64,000 bases of DNA from Gemmatimonadales bacterium (GCA_035943095.1 DASZCN010000114.1:49170-113169); one strand, 5' to 3'. Positions 25,197 through 34,726 are shown, numbered from the stretch's first letter. Numbers and translations: made by a program. Notes: a model not told the origin generated them from the sequence alone.

Positions 25197-26320
25197 TGGT
25201 TCGCAAACTGAACAACTTCGACGAATGGATCGACTACTTCCGCTACTGGCAGGACTCGATCGGCCTGCCCCAGGGCGAGATCCGGAGCTTCAAGTTCGAG
25301 GCCAAGTTCGGCGATCCGGAAGTGCCGCACATCGAGTTCGGTCATTACAAGGGCCAGCGGAAGTGGCCCACGGTGATGCACATTCCCGACCAGCGCATCC
25401 GCGACGCGCTGCTCAACCTCATCGTCTATCAGGGCGACACCGAATTCGCGTCCGTGGAGCAGCAGCGCAGCCTGTTGACGCACGCCCCCTCGGACTACGA
25501 TCTCTTGGCGCTGATGCGCGTGATGACTGAAGAGATGCGGCACGGGTGGCAGATGTCCTACCTGCTGTGCACGCACTTTGGGGACGAAGGCAAGCGCGAG
25601 GCGGCCAAGCTGCTCGAGCGCCGCGCCGACGACGGCGAACGGCTGCTCGGCTCCTTCAACGAGCTGGTCGACAACTGGCTCGATTTCTTCACGTACACGC
25701 AGTTCATCGATCGGGATGGAAAGTTCCAGCTCACCATGCTCTCGGTTTCCGCATTCGACCCGTTGTCGCGCTCGATGAACCCCATGCTCAAGGAGGAATC
25801 CTTCCACCTCGGCACCGGCAACAACGGGCTGCTCCGCATCGTGAAGGCCGGCAAGATGCCTCCCGAGGTGATCCAGCGCTTCTTCTATAAGTGGATTCCG
25901 ACGGCGTTCGACCTGTTCGGCACGGATAATTCGTCGTCGGCGCACTGGGCATACGTATGGGGCCTGAAGGGCCGCTACGACGAGCGTGAGCACCAGACCG
26001 AGCCGGACAAGGCGAAGCTGAACGAGCTGAGCCGGGAGCTGTACCGGCAGGAGATTGCGAAGCTGATCGAGCGCCTCAACATGTTCATCCCCGAGCGCGA
26101 TCGCTGGCTGCGGGTACCCGATACGAAATTCAACCGCAGGATCGGCGTCCACGCACACCAGCGGTACACAGTCGACGGCCAGCCGATCGACGACCCGACG
26201 AAATACACGGCGTATCTCACCACCGTCTTGCCTCAGCCCGAGCATTACGAGACGGTGCGCGGCATCGAGAAAGAGCCGGGCTGGATCGAGGCGAAGAAGG
26301 CGGATAGCCTGCTCAAGTGA
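25196..26320 (+). CDS. BoxB-like di-iron oxygenase (benzoyl-CoA oxygenase component B family), short form
   Basis: ATG at 25196 (TGATG) inside track ORF 25019-26320. It has QGDTEFASVEQQRSL, MTEEMRHGWQMSYLL, FIDRDGKFQL and LKEESFHLGTG, giving an E / ExxH / D / ExxH ligand pattern and strong resemblance to BoxB as I recall it. Confidence 0.75.
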   Translation: MVRKLNNFDEWIDYFRYWQDSIGLPQGEIRSFKFEAKFGDPEVPHIEFGHYKGQRKWPTVMHIPDQRIRDALLNLIVYQGDTEFASVEQQRSLLTHAPSDYDLLALMRVMTEEMRHGWQMSYLLCTHFGDEGKREAAKLLERRADDGERLLGSFNELVDNWLDFFTYTQFIDRDGKFQLTMLSVSAFDPLSRSMNPMLKEESFHLGTGNNGLLRIVKAGKMPPEVIQRFFYKWIPTAFDLFGTDNSSSAHWAYVWGLKGRYDEREHQTEPDKAKLNELSRELYRQEIAKLIERLNMFIPERDRWLRVPDTKFNRRIGVHAHQRYTVDGQPIDDPTKYTAYLTTVLPQPEHYETVRGIEKEPGWIEAKKADSLLK

Positions 26321-27015
26321 CCCTTGTCATCGCGCACCGGGGCGCGTCGGGCTACGAGTACGAGAACTCGCGGGCTGCGTTCCGGGCAGCCCGCGCCCGC
26401 GGCGCCGACGCGATCGAGCTGGACATCCACGCCGCCGCGGACGGCGTGCCGTTCGTGCACCATGACGAGGTCGTGAGCGGCACGCACATCACGCGCTCGA
26501 GCGCCGCGCAGGTGCGCTCCCTGCGACTGCCGAACGGCGAGTCCATCCCGACGCTCGAGGACGCCCTGGGCGTGATCGATCGGGCGCTGCAGGTCTTCAT
26601 CGAGGTCAAATCCCTGCCGCCGCAATTCGACGATCAGTTGTTTGCGGCGCTGGACAGCCCGGCGGGAGCGGGGTCAGGGGGCGGGACGCGCTGCGCCGTC
26701 CACGCGTTCGACCATCGGATCGTGCAGCGGCTCGGGCTCGCGCGCCCGGCCCTGGTGCGGGGCGTACTGTTGGCCTCCTATCCGCTCCGACCCCTGGAGG
26801 CGCTCCAGGACACCGGCGCCACCGTGCTGTGGCAGGAGCAGAGTCTCATCGACGCGGCGTTGGTCGACGCGCTGCATGGCGCGGGCTACCGGATCCACGC
26901 CTGGACCGTAAACGATCCTGAAGACATGCGAACCCTGCTCGGGCTCCACGTGGATGGACTGTGCACCAACGCTCCAGATGTGGGCCGGCACGCCGTCCAA
27001 CAGGGGCCGGGATGA
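26317..27015 (+). CDS. glycerophosphodiester phosphodiesterase family protein
   Basis: 232 aa with a GTG start (GTGA junction). It has IAHRGASGYEYENSRAAF and ELDIHAAADGVPFVHHDE. Confidence 0.85.
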   Translation: MTLVIAHRGASGYEYENSRAAFRAARARGADAIELDIHAAADGVPFVHHDEVVSGTHITRSSAAQVRSLRLPNGESIPTLEDALGVIDRALQVFIEVKSLPPQFDDQLFAALDSPAGAGSGGGTRCAVHAFDHRIVQRLGLARPALVRGVLLASYPLRPLEALQDTGATVLWQEQSLIDAALVDALHGAGYRIHAWTVNDPEDMRTLLGLHVDGLCTNAPDVGRHAVQQGPG

Positions 27016-27869
27016 GCGCCGGTCGTGTGGCGGTGATTGGCGCGGGCACGATGGGGCACGGGATCGCCTACGCCGCGGCCCTTGCGGGCTTCGAGGTGCG
27101 GCTCACCGACAGCAAGCCGGATGCGCTGCGCCTCGCCATGGGGCGCCTAAACGACCTCCTGGCGATCGCCGTGCGCCGCGGGAAGCTCACCGAACCCGAT
27201 CGGGACGCCGCCTCGACCCGGCTGCACGCGGAGGCGGACTTCGCGCCGGCGGTGCTCGAGGCGGACGTCGTGATCGAGGCCGTGCGCGAGCACCTGGGCA
27301 CCAAACAGCAGGTCTTCGCGGAGGTCGAGCGGGCGGCGCCGGCGAGCGCGCTGCTCGCGACGAACACCTCCTCACTCTCCGTGACCGCGATCGCCGCCGC
27401 CGTGCAGGACCCCGCCCGCGTGCTCGGCATGCACTTTTTCAATCCGGTGCACGCGATGAAGCTCGTCGAGGTGGTGACGCATCCGCAGACGGCGTCCCAG
27501 TCCGTCGAGCGGGCGGTGACGTTCGCCAAGGCTCTCGGGAAGGAGCCGATCGTGGTGAAGGATTCTCCGGGCTTCGCGTCCAGCCGCCTGGGCGTCGCGC
27601 TCGGTCTCGAAGCGATGCGGATGCTCGAGGAAGGCGTCGCATCCGCCGAGGACATCGACAAGGCGATGGAGCTCGGCTACAACCACCCGATGGGGCCGCT
27701 CAAGCTCACGGACATGGTCGGCCTCGACGTCCGCCTGGCGATCGCCGAGTATCTGTTCCAGGCGCTCGACGACCGCCGCTTCGAGCCCCCCCAGATCCTC
27801 CGCGACAAGGTCGCCCGAGGGGAGCTCGGCCAAAAGAGCGGAAAAGGGTTCTACAACTGGAGCGCGTGA
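27012..27869 (+). CDS. 3-hydroxyacyl-CoA / 3-hydroxybutyryl-CoA dehydrogenase
   Basis: ATG at 27012 (ATGA) inside track ORF 26961-27869. It has VIGAGTMGHGIA, LATNTSSLS, and HFFNPV followed by M.LVEV. Confidence 0.92.
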   Translation: MSAGRVAVIGAGTMGHGIAYAAALAGFEVRLTDSKPDALRLAMGRLNDLLAIAVRRGKLTEPDRDAASTRLHAEADFAPAVLEADVVIEAVREHLGTKQQVFAEVERAAPASALLATNTSSLSVTAIAAAVQDPARVLGMHFFNPVHAMKLVEVVTHPQTASQSVERAVTFAKALGKEPIVVKDSPGFASSRLGVALGLEAMRMLEEGVASAEDIDKAMELGYNHPMGPLKLTDMVGLDVRLAIAEYLFQALDDRRFEPPQILRDKVARGELGQKSGKGFYNWSA

Positions 27870-27894
27870 AAGGCCGCGGCGGCTCACCTCGCGG

Positions 27895-29346
27895 TCACGT
27901 GCCCGAACAGATCCTTGGACCCCCCGTCTGCGTCGCGATGGCCGTGTGATCGTCCTGCCCGTCGTTCCCCGGCTGGTCGTCGCTGTACGTAATGGACGCG
28001 AGCCCCGTCGTTGGGGACACGGCGATCCCGAAGTCGTCGAATAGGTCCCGGTTCCCCGTGCACGATACCCCGCCCTCGCACACTCCGCCGAAGTGGATGA
28101 TGGGAGTGGCCGCGACCTGCGTGAACTTGCTGCCCACCGTCGTCGCGTTCTTGTTCTGCGCAAAGAAGACATACCACGCCGCGGACGCCGGATAGTTGTC
28201 TGGCGCGCTCCCGTCGAAGAACGAGGTCCCGTACCACACGATGTTCAGCTCGCCGGGAGCGCACGCCACGCTCCAGGGAAAGATCGCCGTGGCGGACGGG
28301 GGCTGGTTCACCTGGATCGGGCCGGTCCAGGTGAGTCCGCTGTTGGTCGAAAAGCTGTAGAACATATTGTGATTGTCGTTGTACACGACGTACACCGTCC
28401 CGGCCCGGTCCACGGTCGCGTTGATGAACTGATGCCCGTACGAGACGGAGGCGTCCGGATTCACATAGACGGTTTGGTCGGTGAAGGTCTGACCGCCGTC
28501 GCGCGAAATGGCGATCCAAACGGCATGGAAGTTGGTTGGAACGACGGCCTCGACGGCGTTGGCGATGCCGCTGAACACCTGATAGATGACGTGGCTATTC
28601 GGGTCGATCGTGAGGTTGCCGGTCGAGTTCTCCTCGAGCAGGAACGCGTGCGCGGCGTCGATCGCCGACCCTGGCTGTAGGAAGCTGGCGCCCGCGTCGA
28701 AGCTGCAATTGACGTCGATGTTGAATGTCACGATGTCGTGGTACGAGATGCAGACCTTGGTCGCCTGGTCGGCCGCGATCCACTCGCGGTCGTCGCCCGG
28801 AACGGTGGCGCTGAGGACGTTCTTGCTCCAGGTCTTGCCACCGTCCTGGCTGGTCGAGACCGTGACGTTTGCGAGACTCAGGCTCGCCACGTAGACGTTG
28901 TGGACGCCGCTCGCGTTTGCTTGGGGCGCGACACCGAGATCGGTGTCACCGCCCCCCGTTGCCAGGCCCCCGGCCGCCTGCGAGATCTGGTTCGGGGATA
29001 GGAGCGCCGTGTAATGCAGCCCACCGTCAGTCGATTTCCAGGCGAGCGTCCCAGCGGCAAGGCCGAGCTCGGAGGAGACGTAGAACGTTCCCGTGGCGTC
29101 CGCGCGAATCGCGGGTTCTGCGGCGCCGTTGGTGCAGCCCGACGCGCCGGGGCAGACCGTGCCGGGCGCGGCGCCAAGCTCGAAGGTGGTAAACGCGAAC
29201 GGTCCCCCGGTGACCGACTGCGCGGCATTCACGCGGCCCGCCGTCGCGGGTGACCCAAGCGACCTACCGTCGTCGCAGGACGTCATGAGCACTACGCAGG
29301 CAAGCACGACTACCGTGGCGATCGCGCGCTGCAGGTCGGTCCTCAC
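27895..29346 (-). CDS. BNR/Asp-box repeat (sialidase-like beta-propeller) lipoprotein
   Basis: 483 aa with lipobox LMTSC. The Asp-boxes are STDGGLHYT, SQDGGKTWS, SRDGGQTFT and STNSGLTWT. Confidence 0.8.
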   Translation of the reverse strand: MRTDLQRAIATVVVLACVVLMTSCDDGRSLGSPATAGRVNAAQSVTGGPFAFTTFELGAAPGTVCPGASGCTNGAAEPAIRADATGTFYVSSELGLAAGTLAWKSTDGGLHYTALLSPNQISQAAGGLATGGGDTDLGVAPQANASGVHNVYVASLSLANVTVSTSQDGGKTWSKNVLSATVPGDDREWIAADQATKVCISYHDIVTFNIDVNCSFDAGASFLQPGSAIDAAHAFLLEENSTGNLTIDPNSHVIYQVFSGIANAVEAVVPTNFHAVWIAISRDGGQTFTDQTVYVNPDASVSYGHQFINATVDRAGTVYVVYNDNHNMFYSFSTNSGLTWTGPIQVNQPPSATAIFPWSVACAPGELNIVWYGTSFFDGSAPDNYPASAAWYVFFAQNKNATTVGSKFTQVAATPIIHFGGVCEGGVSCTGNRDLFDDFGIAVSPTTGLASITYSDDQPGNDGQDDHTAIATQTGGPRICSGT

Positions 29347-29614
29347 AGGTCGTCCTCCCTATCTTGTCCGGGGGTTCGGGCTGGCATCGCGGCCGGAAGT
29401 CGCTCGCGCGCAAGTTCCGCACCCCGATGGGGCGCGGGAACCACGTGGGTTGGGAGACACATCGCCGCGTGTGCGTCTGCTCCGGGTGTGTCCCAGAAGG
29501 CGGGACGGCGCATGTGCATGTCGCGGCAGTGCAACTCCTTGTGTGGCGACCGCTCGGCGCGGGACGTTCGTTGCGGTTGAACGCGCCCCCGTCAGACGGT
29601 ACCTTCTGCGCCCC

Positions 29615-30511
29615 ATGAGTCGCCCTCCGCAGGCAACCCAGCCCGCACTGACCCGGATCACCGACGTCCACATTCATGTCCAGCCGTGGCGCGAGCTCAA
29701 GCCGCACGTCCTGGAGGTGATGTGGCGCGGCCTCGGGGAGGGCAACGACCGCGACCGGATGATCCAAGTCATGGATGACCCCCGTGCCCTGCTCGAGATC
29801 ATGGATCGGTCGGGGGTGTGGCGCGTGGGGCTCGTGAATTACCCGTCACCGGATGTGATGGGGTTCACCGACGCGACCAACACGTTCGCCGCGAAGTACG
29901 CCCAAGCCGATCCGGTACGCCTGCTCCCCTACGGCGGGGTGCATGCCCGGTTCACGAAGGATCCAGCGGGCGACGTGGATCGGCTCGTCGATCTCGGGAT
30001 CCGCCTGATGAAGGTGCATCCGCCGCATCAGGGCTTTCCGGCCAACGCCTACACCGACGGGCTCGAGGCACTGGGACGGATCTACCGCCGCTGCGAAGAG
30101 CGCGGGCTGCCGGTGATGATCCATACCGGCACGAGCATCTTTCCGGGCGCCCGATCCAAGTACGGCAACCCCATGGAGCTCGACGATGTCGCGATCGACT
30201 TCCCAGACCTCCAGATCGTCATGGCACACGGCGGCCGACCGCTCTACATGGAGGAGGCGTTCTTCATCTTGCGACGTCACCACAAGGTGTGGCTCGATCT
30301 CTCCGGGATACCGCCGGTTCGGCTGTTGGAGTACTTTCCGCGACTTCCGGAGCTCGCGGATCGGGTCGTGTGGGGCACCGACTGGCCGAGCCCGGGGGTG
30401 AAGGACTTGCGTGCGAACATCGATCAATTCCTGGCCCTGCCGTTGAGCGACCCGCACAAGAAGGCGATGCTCGAGACGAATGCGCTGGCTCTGTTTCCTC
30501 CTGCTCGGTAG
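29615..30511 (+). CDS. amidohydrolase-2 (TIM-barrel metal-dependent hydrolase) family protein
   Basis: ATG at 29615 inside track ORF 29093-30511. It has ITDVHIHV, IVMAHGG and VWGTDWP. Confidence 0.85.
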   Translation: MSRPPQATQPALTRITDVHIHVQPWRELKPHVLEVMWRGLGEGNDRDRMIQVMDDPRALLEIMDRSGVWRVGLVNYPSPDVMGFTDATNTFAAKYAQADPVRLLPYGGVHARFTKDPAGDVDRLVDLGIRLMKVHPPHQGFPANAYTDGLEALGRIYRRCEERGLPVMIHTGTSIFPGARSKYGNPMELDDVAIDFPDLQIVMAHGGRPLYMEEAFFILRRHHKVWLDLSGIPPVRLLEYFPRLPELADRVVWGTDWPSPGVKDLRANIDQFLALPLSDPHKKAMLETNALALFPPAR

Positions 30512-31232
30512 TCCGGCGCTGGCGCGCGGCCAGACGGCGGCCCCTGGCCGGAAGCCGCTTCGGTTCGATTTCGCCGATCTCCCCGCGACCCGCGATTCGT
30601 TCGTGTTCCGCTTGAAGGGGCAGGATCGCGGCTGGGCGGTCTGGCAGTACGAGATCAAGACGCTCGAGATGACCCAAGAGTTGATTTACACGGCGAGCAC
30701 GGCGTTTGAACCGGTCGAGGAGGAGCACCTCAAGGTGGTGGTGAACCGCCAAACGGGTGAGCCGATCTCCACTTTCCATCACATCGACGTCTTCTCCCCT
30801 CAGAGCGACACCGTGATGATGGAGCACGATTTGGAGGTGCGACGCGGGGAGATCTCGGGTCGCCGCCGGATCGGCACCAAGAGCGGCGAGGTGAAGATCG
30901 TGCCGGTCAGTCATCCGTTTCCGCCCGGCACGGTGCTCGGCGACTATTACCTGTTTGCGAGCGCGGCGACCGACGCGGCCCCCGGCGATTCACTCGCCGT
31001 GTCGTGTTACAAGGAGTTCACCGATTCGCTGACCACGCTCAGCATCATCGCCGAGCCGCCGACGACCATCGACGTTCCGGCCGGCCGCTTCGACGTGTTG
31101 CCGCTCCGGAGCGGCGGCTTCCGGATCTATACGACGCGCACGCCCCGGCGCGTCATCAAGGGAGAGACGCTGGATGGGGCGTTCTCGTTCGAGTTGGTGC
31201 ACTCGGGACCCGTGGTCCCGACGCCCGACTGA
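30480..31232 (+). CDS. secreted hypothetical protein (DUF3108-like barrel suspected)
   Basis: 250 aa with signal peptide MRWLCFLLLGSPALARGQ. Its C-terminal half is homologous to the C-terminal extension of the M16 protein at 32636-34726 (PPGT...VPAG.F...ELV). Confidence 0.65.
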   Translation: MRWLCFLLLGSPALARGQTAAPGRKPLRFDFADLPATRDSFVFRLKGQDRGWAVWQYEIKTLEMTQELIYTASTAFEPVEEEHLKVVVNRQTGEPISTFHHIDVFSPQSDTVMMEHDLEVRRGEISGRRRIGTKSGEVKIVPVSHPFPPGTVLGDYYLFASAATDAAPGDSLAVSCYKEFTDSLTTLSIIAEPPTTIDVPAGRFDVLPLRSGGFRIYTTRTPRRVIKGETLDGAFSFELVHSGPVVPTPD

Positions 31233-31265
31233 GCCCGTCCCATTCGGTAACGGAGTCCGCCTTCT

Positions 31266-32639
31266 ATGCGTACACGTCGCATGCGCGTCCCGCCGCTGGT
31301 TGGAGGTGTGCTGCTCCTCATCGCCAGCATCCCACCCACCTTGGGCGCTCAGGGCGGTCGCATCTCCTACGAAGCCTTCGCGCTGCCCAACGGGCTGCGG
31401 GTCCTCTATTCCGAAGACCATTCGACTCCCATCGTATCGGTTGACGTGTGGTACAACGCCGGCTCCCGGAACGAGCGGCCCGGTCGCTCGGGGTTCGCCC
31501 ACCTGTTCGAGCACATGATGTTCGAGGGCTCGGCCCACGTGAAGAAGGGCGAGCACTTCCAGCTGATCTCGCGCGCCGGCGGCTCGGAGAACGGCAGCAC
31601 CGCGGAAGACCGCACGAACTACCACGAGACGGTGCCATCCAATCGGCTGAACCTCGCATTGTGGCTCGAGGCGGACCGGATGCGCGCGCTCGCCATCACG
31701 GATGAGAACTTCCACAACCAGCGGGAGACGGTGAAGGAAGAGCGTCGGCTGCGGATCGACAACCCGCCGTACGCCGCGGCGTTCGTGGACGGTATGACGT
31801 GGCCGTTCGACAGCGTCGGGTGCTTCGCCTACGCGCACACGGTCATCGGCTCGATGGACGATCTCAACGCCGCGCAGCTCGCCGACGTGCAGGCGTTCTT
31901 CGACACTTACTACGCCCCCAACAACGCGACCCTCGTCGTCGTCGGCGATTTCCGAGCGCTCGAGCTGCGCCGACTCGTGAACCAGTACTTCAGCGACATC
32001 CCCCGCCACGCCGATCCGCCGCCGGTGGCCTGCGCCGTGCGCTTCTCACCGGGCCTGATGCGCCGGGAGGTGACGGACCAGCATGCGAATCTGCCCGCGG
32101 TCGTGCGCATCTACCGGGTCCCATCTCACGCCGACCCGGATACGCCGGCGCTCGAGTTGCTGAACATCATCCTCGGTCAGGGAGAGAGCTCACGGTTGAA
32201 CGTCGCCATCGTGCGCCGCGAGAAGGCCGCCGTGGGGGCACAGGTGGCCATGAATCCCTTCGATTCGCGCCGCGGGCCCGGCGTGCTGCTCGCCTTGGCG
32301 ATCGCCAACCAAGGCATCGACGTCGCGCGGCTGGATACCCTGCTCGCGGCCCAGCTCGATACGGTGCGCGCCGCCGGAGTCACGGCGGACGAGTTGACGA
32401 AGGCGAAGAACACATTCCGCGCGAACTTCATCCACAACCGCGAGACCACACTCGGCCGGGCGGAGGAGCTCCATCACTACGACATGTTCCATGCCTCCGT
32501 CGGCGAGCTCAACACGGATTTGGATCGTTACATGGGATTGACTGCAGATGATGTCCGACGAGTCGCCGCGAAGTACCTCGACCCCGCGAACGCGCTGGTG
32601 GTCATCGTGAAGCCCCCCAAGGCCGGGAGCGCCCAATGA
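31266..32639 (+). CDS. M16 (pitrilysin/insulinase) family zinc peptidase, catalytic type
   Basis: 457 aa with a signal peptide, the inverted zinc motif HLFEHMMFEG, and NGSTAEDRTNY downstream. Confidence 0.92.
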   Translation: MRTRRMRVPPLVGGVLLLIASIPPTLGAQGGRISYEAFALPNGLRVLYSEDHSTPIVSVDVWYNAGSRNERPGRSGFAHLFEHMMFEGSAHVKKGEHFQLISRAGGSENGSTAEDRTNYHETVPSNRLNLALWLEADRMRALAITDENFHNQRETVKEERRLRIDNPPYAAAFVDGMTWPFDSVGCFAYAHTVIGSMDDLNAAQLADVQAFFDTYYAPNNATLVVVGDFRALELRRLVNQYFSDIPRHADPPPVACAVRFSPGLMRREVTDQHANLPAVVRIYRVPSHADPDTPALELLNIILGQGESSRLNVAIVRREKAAVGAQVAMNPFDSRRGPGVLLALAIANQGIDVARLDTLLAAQLDTVRAAGVTADELTKAKNTFRANFIHNRETTLGRAEELHHYDMFHASVGELNTDLDRYMGLTADDVRRVAAKYLDPANALVVIVKPPKAGSAQ

Positions 32640-34726
32640 GCCGGCGGCTGCTGGTGGCCGCCGCTCTCCTTTCGGTCGTTCCGTCGTTCCCTCGCCTCTC
32701 GGCCCAAGGGTTTCCCACCACGCCCCCGAAGCCGACCCGGCTCGCTCCCGCCCGCTTCCCGCCGTTCAAGGAAGCGACGCTCCCGAACGGGTTGCAGCTC
32801 GTGGTGGTCGAGCAGCATGAGCAGCCGGTGGTTTCGGTGAGCCTCGCGTTCCGGGCGGGCGAGACCTACGACCCCGCCGGCAAGGAAGGGCTGGCCGAGC
32901 TCACCGCGGAGCTGCTGTCGAAGGGTACGGAGTCGAGGACGGCGGACCAGATCGCGGCAACCATCGAGGGGGTCGGTGGCTCGCTCTCGGCGTCGGCGGG
33001 GCCCGACTTCCTGACGATTTCGGTCGATGCGCTGAGTGACCAGGCAGAGCTCGTGTTCGCGCTGCTCGGGGACGTCACGCTGCACTCGACCTTCCCCGAA
33101 GGCGAGCTCGCGCTCGCCCGCACGCGCGCGCTCTCGGCATTGGCGCTGCAGTTGTCGCAACCCGGCACCGTGGCGCAGCGGTTTTTCTCGAGTGAGGTCT
33201 ACGGGCGCAATCCCTATGGTAGAAGCGCGACGCGTGAGAGCTACCAGGCCGTCACCCGCGACGACGTGATCCAGTTCGCCCGGGTGCGGCTGCGGCCGTC
33301 CGGGGCCTTGCTCGTGGTTGCGGGCGATGTGACGGACGCGCAGGCGCGTGAGCTTGCCACCAAAGCGTTCGCGGACTGGCACGGAGCCGCACCGGCGAAC
33401 CCCGCCCTGCCGACGCCCCCGGCTCACCCCGCGACCAGCATCCTGCTCGTGCACCGGCCCGGCTCCGCGCAGGCCAACATCGCGCTCGGCAACACGACGA
33501 TCGCGCCGACCGACCCGATCTATTACTCGGGACGAGTCGCCACGCAGGTGCTGGGCGGAGGGGCGGACGCACGGCTCTTCCTTATTCTGCGAGAGCAGAA
33601 GAGCTGGACCTACGGCGCCTACGCCTCGCTGCATCGGTACCGCGGGCTTGGTTACTGGGAGGCGACCGCCGAAGTGAGAACGGACGTGGCGGACAGCGCG
33701 CTCGCCGAGCTGCTCCGCCAAGTGGAACGGATTCGGACGGATGCGATTCCGGATTCCGAGCTCGTGGCCGCGAAGGGGTTTCTGGTCGGGTCGTTCCCGC
33801 TCACCATCGAAACGGCGAGTCAGATCGCGGGCCAGGTGGCGAACGCCAAGCTGCTCGGCCTGGGGGACGACTATCTGCGGCTCTACCGGGAGCGGCTCAG
33901 CGCTGTGACCGCCCTGCAAGCGCGCGCGGCCGCCGCGCGCCTGTACCGGGCTCGTGCGCTGACCATCGTGGTGGTGGGCGACGGAGCGAAGCTCTACGAT
34001 CGGCTCAAGGCGCTCGCCCCGGTGCGCGTGGTCGATGTCGATGGAAAGCCGCTCACGCCCGCCGACCTCACTCCTCCGGCGGCGCCCGTCGCGCTCGACC
34101 CGAGGCAGTTTGTGCCTCACACGGATAGCTCGCGCGTGCTGCTTCAGGGCAACCCGGCGGGGTTCACGGTGTCCGAGGTGCGGCGGTCCGGGGATTCGCT
34201 CGCGTACGCTGAGCGTTCGAATCTGGCGGGGGGTGTGTTCCAGCAACAGACGACGGTGTTGTTGAATCCGACGGATGGATCGGTCCAGCAGGTCGATCAG
34301 GAAACCACTCAGCAGGGGCAGAAGGCGGAGACGCACCTCACGTACCGCGGGGGCCGTGTGAAGGGCTCGAGCGCCTCTCCACAGCAGGACGGCTCCGTCA
34401 AGCGCTTCGATATCGACACGACCTTGCCGCCCGGCACGATGGATGAGAACGCCGTACCGTTCCTCGTCCCCGCCCTGCCCCTCGCCTCCGGCAAGTCGTT
34501 CACCCTGACGTTCTTCACGCCGAGCGAGAACGCCATCAAGACGCTCACGTTCAAGGTCACCGGGCCCGCGTCGATCACGGTGCCGGCCGGCTCCTTCCAG
34601 GCGTACCAGATCGATGTCACCGGATCGCGATTGCCGTTCACCATGTACGTCAGTACGGATTCTCTGCGAAAGGTCGTGAAGACAGAGTTTGTCGGGCAGC
34701 CGTTCGTCGTCGAGCTCGTCAAGTAA
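32636..34726 (+). CDS. M16 family peptidase-like protein (no HxxEH) with extra C-terminal domain
   Basis: 696 aa, coupled by ATGA. It has the M16 fold (GLAELTAELLSKGT replaces HxxEH) plus a roughly 230-aa C-terminal extension homologous to ORF 30480-31232. Confidence 0.88.
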   Translation: MSRRLLVAAALLSVVPSFPRLSAQGFPTTPPKPTRLAPARFPPFKEATLPNGLQLVVVEQHEQPVVSVSLAFRAGETYDPAGKEGLAELTAELLSKGTESRTADQIAATIEGVGGSLSASAGPDFLTISVDALSDQAELVFALLGDVTLHSTFPEGELALARTRALSALALQLSQPGTVAQRFFSSEVYGRNPYGRSATRESYQAVTRDDVIQFARVRLRPSGALLVVAGDVTDAQARELATKAFADWHGAAPANPALPTPPAHPATSILLVHRPGSAQANIALGNTTIAPTDPIYYSGRVATQVLGGGADARLFLILREQKSWTYGAYASLHRYRGLGYWEATAEVRTDVADSALAELLRQVERIRTDAIPDSELVAAKGFLVGSFPLTIETASQIAGQVANAKLLGLGDDYLRLYRERLSAVTALQARAAAARLYRARALTIVVVGDGAKLYDRLKALAPVRVVDVDGKPLTPADLTPPAAPVALDPRQFVPHTDSSRVLLQGNPAGFTVSEVRRSGDSLAYAERSNLAGGVFQQQTTVLLNPTDGSVQQVDQETTQQGQKAETHLTYRGGRVKGSSASPQQDGSVKRFDIDTTLPPGTMDENAVPFLVPALPLASGKSFTLTFFTPSENAIKTLTFKVTGPASITVPAGSFQAYQIDVTGSRLPFTMYVSTDSLRKVVKTEFVGQPFVVELVK

